Source of the DNA: Selaginella moellendorffii
Taxonomy: Eukaryota > Plantae > Lycopodiophyta
Direction of reading: 5' to 3'
DNA length: 64,000 nucleotides
Assembly: GCF_000143415.4 (NCBI RefSeq)
Contig: NW_003314423.1
Location: 12,011-76,010, forward strand
Shown here: positions 61,986 to 64,000 of the stretch, piece after piece
Layout: every line of letters begins with the position of its first letter
Position numbering within the stretch: the first letter of the stretch is position 1
The notes under the pieces: model-generated
The model's database searches: none
What the model was told of the DNA's origin: nothing
Seen by the model: the letters and a program-made list of their open reading frames with translations, nothing else
Made by a program: the position numbers and the translations under genes

Positions 61986-64000
61986 ATGGCTGCAAATTTA
62001 TCTCAATGTTTTCTGCTATTGCTGAGCATTCTTTGCTGCACAAGAGCATGGGATGCAGAGGAGCTGAATGCACTTTTGGCATTCAAAGAAAGTGTTACAA
62101 ATCACAGCAGCAGCAACATATTTCTGTCAAATTGGAGTCAGCGCAACTCTCAAGAACTATGCTTCTCTTGGGCAGGAGTTTCCTGTAACAACATCACTAG
62201 TCATGTTCAAGAGCTCAATTTCTCTGGTTGGATGCTTGGGGGAAACCTCAGCTCCCTCTTCTCTGGGCTTACTCATCTCACTACCATCGACCTCTCTACT
62301 AATGCTATTCAAGGAGAAATTCCTGCCCTCATTGGTAAGTTACACAACTTGACATCTTTGAATCTCCAAAGCAACAATTTATCCGGCAACATTCCAATTG
62401 AAATGGGAAAGCTCTTGAAGCTCAAGTACATGAAACTAACACATAATTTTCTCAGTGGGAACATTCCAAAAGAGTTTGGATGCTTGAAAGACCTTCAATT
62501 TCTCATCCTCTCCTACAATTTATTGACTGGGAACATTCCAAAAGAGTTTGGATGCTTGAAAGACCTTCAAGTTCTCAGCCTCTCCTACAATTTCTTGAAT
62601 GGCCCACTCCCAAAGGAGCTTGGTTCACTAGAACAATTGCAGTTTCTTGCCCTTGGCATGAATAATATCACTGGAGAAATTCCAGCTGAGCTGGGAATGC
62701 TGAAAAGGCTCAAATTACTTGGCCTAGATTACAACTTGCTGAACAGCACTATACCAGAGTCTCTTGGCAACTGCTCATCACTGGTAGAAATACGTATTGG
62801 TCAAAACCCCCTTCTTCATGGCAAAATACCAGCATCCTTAGGCCAGTTGAAGAACCTTGAATATTTCTCTATGTTTGACGTTACAAGCGTTAGTGGGCAA
62901 ATACCTCCTGAGCTTGGCAACTGCACCAAACTCCAATGGTTTGACATCAATGGAGACTTCTCCACAGAACCACATATAAATGGTCCAATTCCCTTGTCAC
63001 TTCTTCAAATACCATCACTGACAACATTGGGACTCAATCATCTCAATCTTACACACTTGCAATTGCCTCAAGAATTGTGGAATATGAGTCAGCTTCAATA
63101 TCTTAGCATGGCTAACATTGGGTGTGAAGGGACACTTTCTTCACAAATTGGTGACATGATTAATCTCACTTATTTGAATTTGGGGGCAAACACTCATATC
63201 AAGGGAGTCATACCGGAGGAGATAGGCAGATGTGAGAGCTTGGAGTATCTTTTTCTTGATGGTAACATGTTAAGTGGCCACATCCCACATTCGCTGGGAA
63301 AACTACAGTACTTGAAGCAGCTTAAACTGGGAAGCAACGGATTGAGCGGAGAGATCCCTTCATCTCTAGTGCAACTCTCCAACCTTGAGGCTTTACAGTT
63401 GGAGAACAATAATCTTACTGGAGAGATACCTTCGTCACTAGGACAACTCAAAAGCTTACAACTTTTATATCTATTCAATAACAGCTTCGTGGGAAGGATT
63501 CCACAAAGCTTGGGGGACATGAAGGGCCTCCAAAGACTGGATATTTCAGCCAATTTTCTCAAGGGGGAAATCCCGGTTGAACTGGGAAATTGCACTTCTT
63601 TGCAGCTTCTCGAATTGTCAAAGAACAACTTGACGGGAGAAATTCCATGGGAGGCATTTGAAACGTTGTGCAAGCACAACCTTCAAACCCTTGGAATGGA
63701 AAGGAACAAGCTGGTTGGACATATTCCACGTGTGCTGCTTGAGAACTGCACAAAGCTGGAGCGGCTGAAGCTCGGGAATAACTCTCTCAAAGGCACCAGC
63801 ATTGACGTGAGTAAGCTTCCAGCATTGAAGATCCTCTCACTCGCAATGAATCATCTCGAAGGCAGATTTCCTTTGCTTCCCTCTGGCAACACTAGCTTGG
63901 AGTTGATTGATCTCAAGAGAAACAACTTCTCTGGTGAGCTTCCTGCCTCTCTTGCTAACCTCCACCAGTTGCGAGTTTTAAGCTTGGGAGGCAACCATTT
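61986..64000 (+). CDS. Leucine-rich-repeat receptor-like protein/kinase, ectodomain (runs off the window)
   Basis: Missing from the ORF track because no stop is reached. Signal peptide MAANLSQCFLLLLSILCC, LRRNT ELNALLAFK..LSNW..CFSWAGVSC, then more than 20 plant 24-aa LRRs (LxxLxLxxNxLSGxIP). Confidence 0.93.
   Translation, partial: MAANLSQCFLLLLSILCCTRAWDAEELNALLAFKESVTNHSSSNIFLSNWSQRNSQELCFSWAGVSCNNITSHVQELNFSGWMLGGNLSSLFSGLTHLTTIDLSTNAIQGEIPALIGKLHNLTSLNLQSNNLSGNIPIEMGKLLKLKYMKLTHNFLSGNIPKEFGCLKDLQFLILSYNLLTGNIPKEFGCLKDLQVLSLSYNFLNGPLPKELGSLEQLQFLALGMNNITGEIPAELGMLKRLKLLGLDYNLLNSTIPESLGNCSSLVEIRIGQNPLLHGKIPASLGQLKNLEYFSMFDVTSVSGQIPPELGNCTKLQWFDINGDFSTEPHINGPIPLSLLQIPSLTTLGLNHLNLTHLQLPQELWNMSQLQYLSMANIGCEGTLSSQIGDMINLTYLNLGANTHIKGVIPEEIGRCESLEYLFLDGNMLSGHIPHSLGKLQYLKQLKLGSNGLSGEIPSSLVQLSNLEALQLENNNLTGEIPSSLGQLKSLQLLYLFNNSFVGRIPQSLGDMKGLQRLDISANFLKGEIPVELGNCTSLQLLELSKNNLTGEIPWEAFETLCKHNLQTLGMERNKLVGHIPRVLLENCTKLERLKLGNNSLKGTSIDVSKLPALKILSLAMNHLEGRFPLLPSGNTSLELIDLKRNNFSGELPASLANLHQLRVLSLGGNH

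Overview
Land-plant nuclear DNA. The very short introns, compact genes and S-motif-rich PPR genes suggest a lycophyte such as Selaginella (inference). 1-14.8 kb is gene-dense: SPT5, a WAT1/UMAMIT-type transporter, ERD15-like, EBS, an ATL RING-H2 gene, three PLS-class PPR genes and tRNA-Asp. 14.8-55 kb is a nest of transposons: a decayed DNA-TE-like unit with ParB/MTase-like and SWIM remnants, a young non-autonomous LTR element, a decayed chromoviral Ty3/gypsy element, two tandem arrays of 5S-bearing Cassandra TRIMs, and a 13.45-kb TIR element. 55-64 kb holds an orphan gene with a scrambled paralogue, a pseudogenised duplicate of the PPR+tRNA block, a hairpin and an LRR receptor-like gene running off the end. 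Best candidate for a new system: the TIR element at 33753-47206 (24-bp TIRs, 4-bp CCCT TSD). It pairs an intact Sola-like transposase with a divergent cargo gene (ParB/Srx-like + degenerate amino-methyltransferase-like + acidic linker + FCP1-like phosphatase domains). It also carries about 30 dispersed copies of one 24-bp quasi-palindrome (AATGGCRTGWGGCCWCAYGCCATT), concentrated in introns and non-coding DNA, which suggests a protein plus cognate-site self-recognition or anti-silencing system. All domain calls are by-eye motif recognition; no searches were run.
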